This document shows positions 40,606-50,493 of a DNA stretch of 64,000 bases, one piece after another. Position numbers and translations under genes: made by a program. This stretch comes from Patescibacteria group bacterium. GTDB taxonomy: Bacteria > Patescibacteriota > Patescibacteriia > Patescibacteriales > UBA12465. Numbering within the stretch: position 1 is the first letter of the stretch; every line of letters starts with the position of its first letter. The DNA lies in NCBI GenBank assembly GCA_038245255.1, contig JBBRSQ010000001.1, positions 2,335 to 66,334 on the forward strand, read 5' to 3'. The notes beneath the pieces were generated by a model, which made no database searches, had not been told where the DNA came from, and worked only from the letters and a program-made list of their open reading frames with translations.

Positions 40606-42555
40606 CTATTTTCTTGTTTTGGGTACTTGATAATACTTCAACATAAAATCGGCAATGTCTTTCCAGAGAGGAACAACCGAACCTTCGGCATAAGTAACGT
40701 CTTTCGGACTGTCCATTTTAGTAAGCATCACAAAAACTGGATCTTCAATCGGGGCAATCCCAATAAATGTATGGATATACTCATTTTTTAAATAGCCACC
40801 ACTACTAGCAATTTGCGCCGTTCCTGTTTTTCCGCCGATGTAATAACCAGCAATATAGGCTTTACTAGAATGACCTTTTTCAACGACATTTACAAGCATG
40901 GCCGACATAGTATCCGCCGTTTTTGTCGTAATGACACGTCTAACTTGTTTTGGAACAATCTCTTCGCGACTACCATCATTTTTCACAATTGTCTTCACAA
41001 TATATGGTTTCATTAATATTCCTTTATTTGCAATCGCTTGATAAGGCATAATCATTTGCAGTGGCGTAACCGCAATGCCTTGACCGAAAGAGGCCGTGGC
41101 CGCATCTATTTCCCGAATTTTTGGTGTTAATAAATTATTCATATTTCCTGGACTCTCGGAACCAATTTCTATTCCTGACCTCTCACCGAAACCATAATTT
41201 TTAACATAGTCAGCAAAAACTTTAGGCCCGACTTGACGCATCGCGAAAATCGCCCCAGTGTTTAAGGAGTTCTGCAAAACTGTATTCATGTCGACGATTC
41301 CATGTCCACCTTTAGTGTCATAATCGGAATTGCTAATCGGCTTTGGCCAACCATTTATCATTATTCGTCCTTCGTCTTTATAAGTAGTTGCTGGACTTAC
41401 TTTATTTTGATCAATTGCAATCGACATCGTAACTATTTTAAAAACTGAACCGGGTTCATACTGATCAAAAGTCGCCGGGTTATTAAAAACCCGAATATCA
41501 CTTACATCTTTATAATTATTAGGATCAAAATCTGGCACAGAACACATGGCAATAATCGCGCCGGTTTTTGGATTTAAAATTATTACGCTGCCGCCGGTTG
41601 CGCCATGCTTTTTTACGTCTTCTTTTAATTTTTCACAAGCGACAAATTCAACATTTCGGTCAACCGTTAGAATTAAGTCAGAGCCATTTTCGGGCTTAAT
41701 ATATTCACGATCATTTACAATGACAGTATTGCTTTGCGCAGCCTTCTCAGATTTTAGAGAACCATATTTACCAAATAATTCGTCATTAAAAAATTCTTCA
41801 AGACCGTAACGCCCCTGGCCTTCTTCATCAGCATAACTAACAAAACCTAAAAGGTGCGAGCCGATTTCTTTTTCCGGATAATAACGATATGATTGAACAT
41901 CAAATCCAAAACCGGGCAATTTAAAAACTGAGCTTGAGCTAGCACTTTGTTTATAGACAATTTTCGCATCTCTGAGCTCTAAATCTTGTGGTAAAATTTG
42001 TTGAGTACTGCTTGAGGCTAAATAAGCAAATAACTTAAGCAGTCCTTCAGTATCCAATTTTTTATCTAGTGATTCATAAGGATCGCCTGGTTTATCAAGC
42101 TTCTTTAAATAATTATTAATAATTTTTTCTTTTGTACTGGTAGCGATATCGGCGACAGTTATCGCCTGAGAGCTTGAAGCTATTTCTTTGAGTAAACCTG
42201 GAGCATCAAAATACTGAAATAATTTTTCGGCGAGCTCGCTAGGATTAGTAATATCTTTAGGGACCGCATATACGGTTGCAAAATCTTTATTTGTCGCTAA
42301 GGGATAAAGCTTTTCCTGACCGTTAATTGTTTCACTTAAAAATATTTTGCCTCGCTCCGGCTTCAACTCGTTATAAACATCATGTTGAGAAGAAGCGATA
42401 GCCGTATATAAGTCAAATTGACCAATTTGAACTGAGAATAGTTTATATATCAGAGACCCAATTAATAAAAAAATAATCGCCACTACCAAACGGAGGCGAT
42501 TAACGCTGATTTTATTTACTTCCGGACGAGATTTGTTTTTTGATTCACGCCACAT
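40606..42555 (-). CDS. ftsI: Class B penicillin-binding protein (FtsI-like)
   Basis: EPGSVFK (SxxK), SLN, KTGTAQ; dcw position. Confidence 0.85.
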   Translation of the reverse strand: MWRESKNKSRPEVNKISVNRLRLVVAIIFLLIGSLIYKLFSVQIGQFDLYTAIASSQHDVYNELKPERGKIFLSETINGQEKLYPLATNKDFATVYAVPKDITNPSELAEKLFQYFDAPGLLKEIASSSQAITVADIATSTKEKIINNYLKKLDKPGDPYESLDKKLDTEGLLKLFAYLASSSTQQILPQDLELRDAKIVYKQSASSSSVFKLPGFGFDVQSYRYYPEKEIGSHLLGFVSYADEEGQGRYGLEEFFNDELFGKYGSLKSEKAAQSNTVIVNDREYIKPENGSDLILTVDRNVEFVACEKLKEDVKKHGATGGSVIILNPKTGAIIAMCSVPDFDPNNYKDVSDIRVFNNPATFDQYEPGSVFKIVTMSIAIDQNKVSPATTYKDEGRIMINGWPKPISNSDYDTKGGHGIVDMNTVLQNSLNTGAIFAMRQVGPKVFADYVKNYGFGERSGIEIGSESPGNMNNLLTPKIREIDAATASFGQGIAVTPLQMIMPYQAIANKGILMKPYIVKTIVKNDGSREEIVPKQVRRVITTKTADTMSAMLVNVVEKGHSSKAYIAGYYIGGKTGTAQIASSGGYLKNEYIHTFIGIAPIEDPVFVMLTKMDSPKDVTYAEGSVVPLWKDIADFMLKYYQVPKTRK

Positions 42556-42607
42556 ACAGCCTTATTAATTCAATTAACCACTGAGCCAAACCATCCGCTA
42601 GTAGTGC

Positions 42608-42949
42608 TTATTTTCGAGCGACTAGAGTTGGTGGAATACTTAAATAGTCAATTTCGCCAATAGCAACCATATTCAATTTTCCAGTTCGAGAATTCAATGA
42701 ATAATATGATTGTAAATTATTTATTGTTTCCTCACTATCAAGTTTCTCGCTCGCCAAATAATTAACTTGCGTTTTTAGTTTCTTTAATGCAAAACCTTTA
42801 ACAGTCAAATCACTAATTGTAAGCATGTAAAAAACACCAAGGACAATAACTAAAGTCGCTAAACCAAAATTTAAAAATCTTAAATTCAAACGCTTCGCTT
42901 TGCTTTCGCGACTCATCGGCGCTTGATAACAATTTATTATCTTGGTCAT
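42608..42949 (-). CDS. FtsL-like cell division protein
   Basis: One TM plus coiled coil, between rsmH and the PBP gene. Confidence 0.6.
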   Translation of the reverse strand: MTKIINCYQAPMSRESKAKRLNLRFLNFGLATLVIVLGVFYMLTISDLTVKGFALKKLKTQVNYLASEKLDSEETINNLQSYYSLNSRTGKLNMVAIGEIDYLSIPPTLVARK

Positions 42950-42983
42950 ACTGAATTAAAAATTATCTTAATTTAAAAATTAT

Positions 42984-43871
42984 CTATATTTTTTCCGCGA
43001 CTCGGAGCTTAGCGCTACGAGCACGTGGATTTTCATTCGTTTCTTTTTCAGTCGGAATTAATGGTCTTTTTGTCAGTATTTTTATATTTATTTCTGATTT
43101 AAAGTATCTTTTTACAATTCTGTCTTCGCCACTGTGAAATGACACTACGACTAGCCTTCCCTCCGGTTTTAATAAACTAACAGCTAGTGGCAAAACTTCG
43201 CTTAAACTTATTAATTCCTCGTTTGTTTCCATTCTTAAAGCTTGGAAGACCCTCGTTGCGACGTGTATTTTAGAACCATATTTAAATGGAACTGCCTGCT
43301 CAATTACAGCTACTAAATCCCTCGTTGTTTTTATCCTCTTTATCCGTCTCTCACTAACTATCATTTTTGCAATTCGATAAGCATGTTTTTCTTCTCCGTA
43401 TTCTCTAAATATTCTGGTTAACTCGAGAAGATCATAATTGTTTACAATTTCTTCAGTTGATCTCTCATTAACGGGGCCAAAGGACATATCTAGAGGTCTT
43501 TCGCCTTTAAAAGAAAACCCGCGAACCTCATCATCAAGCTGAGCTGACGATAAGCCTAAATCAAATACAATTCCGTCAAACTTCGCTTCACTGGAGATAT
43601 TTTCGGTTATTACTGTCTGTAAATTTTTAAAGTTATCGTTAATTAAGGTAATATTTTGCAGTTTCTGTTCATTAATTAATGTCTGGGCATTTTTAATTGC
43701 GAGTTCATCTAAATCAATACCAATCACTTGCCCTGTTTTTCCTACTAAATTCGCAATTGCCAGCGTGTAGCCAGCGCCACCGAGCGTACAATCAATATAT
43801 TTATTTCCTTGTTTTGGTTTTAAATATTCTAGAACTTCATCTAACATGACCGGCGTATGCTGATAAATCAT
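42984..43871 (-). CDS. rsmH: 16S rRNA m4C1402 methyltransferase
   Basis: HTPVM, DCTLG, DLGLSS, FQALR, NPRARSAKLR. Confidence 0.97.
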   Translation of the reverse strand: MIYQHTPVMLDEVLEYLKPKQGNKYIDCTLGGAGYTLAIANLVGKTGQVIGIDLDELAIKNAQTLINEQKLQNITLINDNFKNLQTVITENISSEAKFDGIVFDLGLSSAQLDDEVRGFSFKGERPLDMSFGPVNERSTEEIVNNYDLLELTRIFREYGEEKHAYRIAKMIVSERRIKRIKTTRDLVAVIEQAVPFKYGSKIHVATRVFQALRMETNEELISLSEVLPLAVSLLKPEGRLVVVSFHSGEDRIVKRYFKSEINIKILTKRPLIPTEKETNENPRARSAKLRVAEKI

Positions 43872-43875
43872 AGAG

Positions 43876-44307
43876 TTAAATTCCTAAATCACCCATTTCT
43901 TCGGCAATCGCATTACTATTTTTTTCACTTTCCTTTTTATATTTATTCCAAGCCGCTTCATCCCAAATCTCTAAATGATTATATAAGCCAGCAACAATTA
44001 TTTTTTTCTTAAGCCCGGAAAAATTTCGTAAATATTCCGGTAGTGTTATTCTGCCTTGGTTATCAAACTCAAGGTCCATGGCTCCAGCTAACATGTGGCG
44101 ACTAAAAGCCCGCGCCTTAGCAGAACCAATAGGTAAACTTGCAAACTTTTTAGCAATGGTTTCAAATTGATCTTTCGAATATAAAAATAAGCAATCGTCC
44201 AAACCTTTGGTAACGACTGCTCCTTTTTTTAAAATCGCTCGAAATTTAGCCGGTATAGCTAAGCGGCCTTTTTCGTCTAAGTTGTGATTGTATTCTCCAA
44301 TAAACAT
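43876..44307 (-). CDS. mraZ: Transcriptional regulator MraZ (start probably 44307)
   Basis: MFIGEY, DEKGRL, DNQGRI, EIW. Confidence 0.97.
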   Translation of the reverse strand: MFIGEYNHNLDEKGRLAIPAKFRAILKKGAVVTKGLDDCLFLYSKDQFETIAKKFASLPIGSAKARAFSRHMLAGAMDLEFDNQGRITLPEYLRNFSGLKKKIIVAGLYNHLEIWDEAAWNKYKKESEKNSNAIAEEMGDLGI

Positions 44308-44345
44308 ATATTCTTGGGAAAATATTGGTGGTGAAGACAAGCATA

Positions 44346-44411
44346 TTCACCACCATTCCCCACAATTCACCTTACAAGTATTATTATACACCACTTGCCC
44401 CCTCTGGTCAA
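44346..44411 (-). promoter_or_regulatory. dcw promoter with MraZ-type GTGG repeats
   Basis: Minus strand TTGACC (44411-06), 17 nt, TATAAT (44388-83), then AGGTG/GTGGG/GTGGT repeats at about 10-nt spacing. Confidence 0.8.
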
Positions 44412-44448
44412 CACTATTCTTTATCCTAATGTAAGGCAAAAAATACAA

Positions 44449-44480
44449 AAAAAGAGCACTTTTCAACAAGTGTTCTTTTT
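44449..44480 (-). terminator. Terminator after tsaB
   Basis: AAAAAGAGCACTT / AAGTGTTCTTTTT. Confidence 0.7.
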
Positions 44481-44534
44481 AAATAAAATTATTTGTCAAA
44501 AATTTCTAAAAGTTTTCAACAAGTAACGCACAGC

Positions 44535-44918
44535 CTATAATTTTGGCTTTTTTGAGATTCCAATATTCGGTTCGCGGTCATAAATCGGCTCTACGATAGA
44601 ATAACCCGAAAATTCCTTATTCTTTTTAGATGTTTTTGGCTCAGATTCAACTGGTATTTTTAAAGCATAAGCCAGGGCATTGGCTGTAATCACGCCAATT
44701 CGCAGCGAAGTAAAGCTACCTCCCTGATTAGCAACGATAATTTTTTTCAGGTCCGTCAATTTAACTTTGTTTTTAATTAATAAATTATTAATTAGTGGTA
44801 GGAGCTTTTCCGCCTGCTGGCGAACGGCCTTTATTTTTTTACTCGCTATTATTTCGCCGCCTTGCTTAAGACTAATATTAATTTCGTCTTGAAGAACTGT
44901 ATTTATGTATAATGTCAT
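44535..44918 (-). CDS. tsaB: TsaB (N-terminal half only)
   Basis: LYINT, AEKLLP, GSFTSLRIG, PIY..EPNI. Confidence 0.82.
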   Translation of the reverse strand: MTLYINTVLQDEINISLKQGGEIIASKKIKAVRQQAEKLLPLINNLLIKNKVKLTDLKKIIVANQGGSFTSLRIGVITANALAYALKIPVESEPKTSKKNKEFSGYSIVEPIYDREPNIGISKKPKL

Positions 44919-44919
44919 A

Positions 44920-45870
44920 TTATTTAAGAATTTTTTTTATTTGCGCTAAACTCTCAACTCTAACTAATTGCTCACGCAGTTTAGCGGCGCCGGCCATGCC
45001 TTGAGTATACCAAACTAAATGCTTACGAAATTCTATAAGTCCCCGCTTCCCTTTTTCTATTTTTTCAAGTTCGGCGTGGCGAAGAGCTATTTTAAAAATA
45101 GCCTTGGTGTTTAAATTTATCAGCCTATTTTCTTTTATTTCTTTAAACATCCACGGTCTTCCTAGAACTCCGCGGGCAAGACCAAGGCCGTCAGCGCCAG
45201 TTTCACTTAATGTTTTCTTGGCAGCTTTTAAATCATTAATTCCGCCATTAGCTAATATAACACCTTTAAAAAGAGGTCGCAGAGATTTTATAGTTTTCCA
45301 ATCCGCTGCTCCGGCAAAGCCCTGACTTAAACTCCTCCCATGGATCATAACGGCAGCCACCGGGAGATCAGAAATATTTTGTAAAAATTGCTTGGCGCTG
45401 ACAGCACCAGCTTGCGTTCTTATTTTTACTGAAACTGGTAAATCGGTATTAGCCAGAACAGCCTCAATAACCGCTCGTGAATTTTTCAAATTTTTCATTA
45501 AACCAGACCCCGCTCCTTGTTTAATTATTTTAGGAACCGGGCAGCCAAAATTAATATCAATTCCGTCTGGTTTTATTTCTCGAGTAATTATTTCCGCGGC
45601 TACAGCAAAATGTTCAGGGCAAGATCCAAATAATTGCACAACATAATATTTCTCACTCTTACGTTCATATTTTAATAAATCCAAAGTCGTGTTCTTCTTA
45701 ATGTTTTGATTATAAAAAAGAGCGGTCGCTGACGCCATCTCACTATAGACGACATCGGCTCCATACTTCTTACAAATTCGTCTAAAAGCCGAATCTGTAA
45801 ATCCAGCTAAAGGAGCAAGAGCTAGAATCGGTTTTTTTTTATTCTTAAGTTTTATCCAAAAGTTTTTCAC
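44920..45870 (-). CDS. dus: tRNA-dihydrouridine synthase
   Basis: LAPLAG, QLFG, DINFGCP, HGR, ANGG, RG.LGRPW. Confidence 0.93.
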   Translation of the reverse strand: MKNFWIKLKNKKKPILALAPLAGFTDSAFRRICKKYGADVVYSEMASATALFYNQNIKKNTTLDLLKYERKSEKYYVVQLFGSCPEHFAVAAEIITREIKPDGIDINFGCPVPKIIKQGAGSGLMKNLKNSRAVIEAVLANTDLPVSVKIRTQAGAVSAKQFLQNISDLPVAAVMIHGRSLSQGFAGAADWKTIKSLRPLFKGVILANGGINDLKAAKKTLSETGADGLGLARGVLGRPWMFKEIKENRLINLNTKAIFKIALRHAELEKIEKGKRGLIEFRKHLVWYTQGMAGAAKLREQLVRVESLAQIKKILK

Positions 45871-47285
45871 AATTTTGAAACTTTATATCCGTTTTTTATA
45901 TCTTCAATCAAATAGCCTTTTTTCTTTAACTCTTCACGAAGCCTGTCAGACTCATCCCAGTTTTTACTAGCTCTAGCCTCCTGACGGCCTTTAATTAGAG
46001 CACGAACATCTTCAGCTAATTCTTCAAACTTCAATTCTGGTAAAACTATATTTTCAGCTAATTCTAGTTTTAATCCTAGAACTTTATCAAAATCTAAAAT
46101 TGTTCTTAATTTATCAGAATTATTTATCTTCGATTTTAAAACGGCGGATACAACGGCCAAAGCTTTAGGTAAATTCAAATCATCATTAATAGCCGCGAAA
46201 AAATCTTCTTTAAATTTTAAGTCTACTTCTCCGACTTCCTTCCCTAAAGCCGCAACTTGAGAAACAAGACTATTTAAACCAGCATAAGCCTGAGCAAAAC
46301 CATCCTCACTATATTCCATTGGTTTGCGGTAATGAACTTGCAGGGCAGCAAAACGATAAGCTAAAGGGTTTATACCCTTAGCGATTAAGGCTTTATCAAG
46401 AGTTAGAAAATTATCTTCACTCTTAGCCATTTTCTTGCCCCCTTTTATATTTAAGAAAGCACCATGTAGCCAATAATTAAAAAATTTCTTCCCAGTGGCT
46501 GCCTCTGATTGGGCGATTTCATTAGTATGATGAATGTTTATATGATCAATTCCACCACAATGGATATCCAATTCTTCACCAAGATATTTCAAACTCATTG
46601 CCGAGCATTCAATATGCCAGCCCGGAAAACCGATTCCCCAAGGTGAATCCCATTCCATTTGTCTTTTAGCGACCCCTTCACTCAGCGAAGGAGAAAACTT
46701 CCATAAAGCAAAGTCAGTCGGATTTTTCTTTTCTGGATTTTTCTCAACTCGCGCCCCCTCTCTTAACTCTTCAAGGGGTAAGTGACTTAGTTTATTATAT
46801 TCTTTAACTTTTGAGGTATCAAAATATATTCCATCACTTGTTTTATAAGTATAAGCCTTAGACTCAAGCACTCTTATTAAATCAATCTGCTCAGGAATAT
46901 TTTCGCTTGCCCGGCAATACAGATTTGGCGACTCAATATTTAAAAGCTCAAGGTCTTTCTTAAACGCTACTTCATAATAAGCCGCGATTTCGAGCGCGCT
47001 CTTACCTTCTCTTTTAGCTCCAATTTCTAGTTTATCTTCGCCCATGTCCATGTCACCAGTTAAGTGACCAACGTCGGTAATATTCATGACATGAAAAACT
47101 TCATAATTATTATATTCAAGAATCCTTTTTAAGAGGTCCTCAAATAAATACGAGCGCAGATTTCCGATATGAGCATAATTATAAACTGTCGGTCCGCAGG
47201 TATAAAGTCCGACTTCCCCGGATTTAATCGGCTTGAACTCTTCCTTTTTTCTACTAAGAGTATTGTATAAAAATAGTTTATTCAT
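45867..47285 (-). CDS. cysS: Cysteine--tRNA ligase
   Basis: CGPTVY, HIGN, GFPGWHIECSAM, KMAKS. Confidence 0.97.
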   Translation of the reverse strand: MNKLFLYNTLSRKKEEFKPIKSGEVGLYTCGPTVYNYAHIGNLRSYLFEDLLKRILEYNNYEVFHVMNITDVGHLTGDMDMGEDKLEIGAKREGKSALEIAAYYEVAFKKDLELLNIESPNLYCRASENIPEQIDLIRVLESKAYTYKTSDGIYFDTSKVKEYNKLSHLPLEELREGARVEKNPEKKNPTDFALWKFSPSLSEGVAKRQMEWDSPWGIGFPGWHIECSAMSLKYLGEELDIHCGGIDHINIHHTNEIAQSEAATGKKFFNYWLHGAFLNIKGGKKMAKSEDNFLTLDKALIAKGINPLAYRFAALQVHYRKPMEYSEDGFAQAYAGLNSLVSQVAALGKEVGEVDLKFKEDFFAAINDDLNLPKALAVVSAVLKSKINNSDKLRTILDFDKVLGLKLELAENIVLPELKFEELAEDVRALIKGRQEARASKNWDESDRLREELKKKGYLIEDIKNGYKVSKL

Positions 47286-47354
47286 ATATTTATTATCTAA
47301 TATAAGTATAAAAGAAATCCCCCTTTTTCACAAATAATACTCAAAAATAATTAA

Positions 47355-47442
47355 TTGACAAAACTCAATAAATATTATAAATTAAAGTGTCAATTCATTT
47401 GGCAAAAATAGAACCTTAACAATTAAATTAATAACAAACAAA
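47355..47442 (+). promoter_or_regulatory. Promoter plus boxA-like leader of orphan cassette B
   Basis: TTGACA (47355), 17 nt, TAAATT; GAACCTTAACAA at 47411. Confidence 0.6.
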
Positions 47443-47451
47443 AACCTTAAG

Positions 47452-48123
47452 ATGAAAAAACATTTAATTTTCCTAGCAACGATTCTGCTGGCAAGTATTA
47501 ATTTGACTCTGCTAGCAAATGAATCTGTAAAATCAGATAATCTGAAAATTATTCAAAACCAAAACGGAAAATATTACATTATCCGAAGTTCTCAAGCATT
47601 TGAATCCGTAAATGGTTTTCTGCGCGTACCGATTGTTGATTCGCTCAACTACATTGACCCAGCGATTCCTCAAAATATTTGGGTTAAAGCTTATCTGGAC
47701 AAAAATATCATGTTCGAGATGCGTCATACTGCACGTAGTTTAATAATAATCGAGGACTGGCGTCTCAAGATTTTTAATCGTTTGGATTACCATTACGCCT
47801 CCTTAAATAATGACAGCCTCAAACTGCATACCGACTACAACATTTCGGGCGTAAACGATTCTCAGGCGACTAGCGGAGGCACAATTTTGCTAATCTGTAT
47901 ATTTATCGCCGGTCTAATATTTGGATCAATAATCAGTAGCCCTAGGGGTTTTAAATTAATGCTATTATTACTCGCCGGTTTAATCACAATGCTATTTTTC
48001 TACTTCTTTTTCGTCGGGACAATCTACGCTCGCTTATTCCCCCTCGTTCCGTTTATCGTCGGAAATTTAGTAATGCTCAGTATCTTAAAATTATTTCGAA
48101 CTCTAAAGAAAAACAGGTCATGA
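47452..48123 (+). CDS. Hypothetical membrane protein (signal peptide, 3 C-terminal TMs); paralog of next gene
   Basis: Shares 'G(F/Y)xRxxIVDSLxYIxPxIP' block with 48120-48857. Confidence 0.75.
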   Translation: MKKHLIFLATILLASINLTLLANESVKSDNLKIIQNQNGKYYIIRSSQAFESVNGFLRVPIVDSLNYIDPAIPQNIWVKAYLDKNIMFEMRHTARSLIIIEDWRLKIFNRLDYHYASLNNDSLKLHTDYNISGVNDSQATSGGTILLICIFIAGLIFGSIISSPRGFKLMLLLLAGLITMLFFYFFFVGTIYARLFPLVPFIVGNLVMLSILKLFRTLKKNRS

Positions 48124-48857
48124 AAAAGAAAATTATTTTCGGAATTATTCTCGGGTTAGTAATGTTTAGCTTCAATTGCTTTGCTCAAAAATTTGAGCAA
48201 GAAGATCCCCTGTCACCAATGATTGATGATACAATTATGTTGGCTTCAGATAGTCTGGAAATTGTTCAGATTAAGGAAAATAAATTCTTCGTTGTTTGCA
48301 CTACTTGCGAAGTGCTAAGTAGCCACGGATATATGCGGCGAATAATTGTTGATTCACTCTCATACATTTCACCTGACATACCAAGAGATTATTGGCTAGA
48401 AGCCTACAGCACCAAGCAGGTAACTTATAAACATAAGTTATTGTTGAGCCGACTCGAACTAAAAAATTGGAAGCCAATTATGACTTACGTCTGGCAGGAC
48501 TCTGAAGCTATCTACGCAAGCGATAGTCTTAAGTCAATAAGCACATCCTACATATCCTCAGAAAACTACAACAGCCTATTAAGCTCTAAGTTTTCGGCCA
48601 ACTACTTTTTACTGTTTGTAGTAATAGTCGGATTCATCTGGTTTATAATGTCACTTGATACGGGGATAAAAAAAAGCCTCCATGCTTACGGAGAGCTGGC
48701 AACTGGATTAGGTATAGCGATTATTTTCTATTTTACTTTTGGAAAAACTTTAGCCGCTTTTATCTTGCCTCTGATAGCCTTTGTATTAGGGGCATTTATA
48801 CCATTAATAATTACTAGACTGATTAAAATACTCATTAGATCCGTTAGTAAAAATTAA
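48120..48857 (+). CDS. Hypothetical membrane protein; paralog of previous gene
   Basis: ATGA overlap; same architecture. Confidence 0.75.
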   Translation: MKKKIIFGIILGLVMFSFNCFAQKFEQEDPLSPMIDDTIMLASDSLEIVQIKENKFFVVCTTCEVLSSHGYMRRIIVDSLSYISPDIPRDYWLEAYSTKQVTYKHKLLLSRLELKNWKPIMTYVWQDSEAIYASDSLKSISTSYISSENYNSLLSSKFSANYFLLFVVIVGFIWFIMSLDTGIKKSLHAYGELATGLGIAIIFYFTFGKTLAAFILPLIAFVLGAFIPLIITRLIKILIRSVSKN

Positions 48858-48878
48858 GTTCTTAAAAATTGAAACAAC

Positions 48879-48913
48879 AAAACCTGGAAAGCATTTATGC
48901 CCCAGGTTTTTTT
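48879..48913. terminator. Terminator between convergent genes
   Basis: AAAACCTGG / CCAGGTTTT plus T-run. Confidence 0.75.
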
Positions 48914-48952
48914 ATTTTTTTTATTTGCAATTTTTCCAAGGCTTTTCTATAC

Positions 48953-49804
48953 TTAAGCAACTAATTTTTCTTCATTAAAACAAGCTCTCATCTTTTCAAT
49001 CGCTGACTGGGTCTTCAATTTTAAATCAGAATTTAAATTTTGGCCGCTAGCCTGAGATTCTAAAGAAGACAGGAGCTTGAGAAATATTTTTTCTTCAACC
49101 GCATTTTTACTGGCTGGATTATTTTTTAAACTTTCTAGTAGCTCCCTCAACTCACCCTTGCTAAGAGACATATAGAAAGCTGGAATATTTTTAATCTCGG
49201 CTCTGACTAACTTTCCGTCCTGCATTTTAGCTCCATATTTTATTCTCGCTCCCCCCTTAGCCATTATGCTTTCTAATTTAGAGGATTTTTTTAAGCCACC
49301 ATCATCTCCCCTATTTCCTAAAACCTCATCAAAACCACAGAGAACTTCACCGGTCGATTTATAGATCAGAACCTGATCAACCCCGTGATTATAATCATCG
49401 TAATCAGAAGCACGCGCAACTATAAAATACTCTTTAAGAAATTTATGGAGCAAAACCGTTAAAGCCATTTCGGTCAAAGTTGAGGGATTTTTTTCCGTGT
49501 CGCTTCGCCACTGCTCTCGACTCTTGCCTGCCCCAGAGCTAAAGCCTTCTTCTTGAGCGTCTACGAGCGCCCTATCACTAGCAGATTCACTACCCTCGAG
49601 CAATATCCGCCCGTCATTAGTTAAAAAATTAGCAAATTCAGAATTAACGTCCCTAGCCAAATCGATCAAAGCTTTATCTTTTAGGAAAGGCAGATATGTC
49701 TCAAGACTAATTTCTTTTTTTGTCTTATCAAACTGACTAAGATCAATTTTTCCAAGTATCTTTAAACCTGGTAATTTATTGGCCTCAAAATTTTCTAAAC
49801 TCAT
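48953..49804 (-). CDS. Hypothetical protein, possible PD-(D/E)xK-like fold
   Basis: E...ASDYDDYNHGVDQVL...CGFDEV acidic motif pattern. Confidence 0.6.
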   Translation of the reverse strand: MSLENFEANKLPGLKILGKIDLSQFDKTKKEISLETYLPFLKDKALIDLARDVNSEFANFLTNDGRILLEGSESASDRALVDAQEEGFSSGAGKSREQWRSDTEKNPSTLTEMALTVLLHKFLKEYFIVARASDYDDYNHGVDQVLIYKSTGEVLCGFDEVLGNRGDDGGLKKSSKLESIMAKGGARIKYGAKMQDGKLVRAEIKNIPAFYMSLSKGELRELLESLKNNPASKNAVEEKIFLKLLSSLESQASGQNLNSDLKLKTQSAIEKMRACFNEEKLVA

Positions 49805-49814
49805 ATAATTTTAT

Positions 49815-50465
49815 TTATTTAAATAAAACTGGTACTTTTACTGAAGCATCATTTTCTGGCAAACCGGAAGGATTATCTTTAGAAATTACTAAATAACCAC
49901 TAGTCGCCATTGTCAAATATGTTAACTCAGAAGTAAATCTAACCGGCTTTTCAGTCATCCAGTCATCTTGAGCGGTACCGTAATGAGCGACAATTAAATT
50001 ATTATTATTGTCATATAATTTAACTGGCAAAGTCGCTTCAAAAAACCAATTACCAATAGCCGTGCCTTCAATTTTTAAAGGTGAGCTAACAAGTTCGTTT
50101 TGTTTTGGACTAACAACGACTACTTCATTAGAGAAGCTCGCTTGAGGTTCATCTCCTGCCTGAGTGCTAGTCACAATATCCATTTCACATTTTTCCTCCC
50201 AAACACGTAAACACTTCTCTTTTAAATCACACCAAGAATAACCAGCCGAGGCAATACAACCATGTTCGTCTCGGTCATTTCCGACTAAAGATTCTCCCTG
50301 ACTACCAGGGCAAAGTGTTGTTGGCCTGGCTGCCTTTGGATTTCCGTGCTTAGCCCATTGACTATCAGTACAGACCCAATTGTCTTCCTGACTAGTGGCT
50401 CGTAAAACAATTGCACTAAAGATAATAACACCAACTACTCCTAACAATAAATAAGATTTTTTCAT
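49815..50465 (-). CDS. Secreted/anchored protein with Cys-rich repeats and Gmad2 Ig-like domain (start probably 50465)
   Basis: DNWVC...KHGNP, GNDRDEHGCIASAGYSWC, SPLKIEG.A.GNWFFEATLPV, DNPSGLPEND. Confidence 0.8.
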   Translation of the reverse strand: MKKSYLLLGVVGVIIFSAIVLRATSQEDNWVCTDSQWAKHGNPKAARPTTLCPGSQGESLVGNDRDEHGCIASAGYSWCDLKEKCLRVWEEKCEMDIVTSTQAGDEPQASFSNEVVVVSPKQNELVSSPLKIEGTAIGNWFFEATLPVKLYDNNNNLIVAHYGTAQDDWMTEKPVRFTSELTYLTMATSGYLVISKDNPSGLPENDASVKVPVLFK

Positions 50466-50493
50466 AAAATTATTTTTATTAATTACCAACTTA

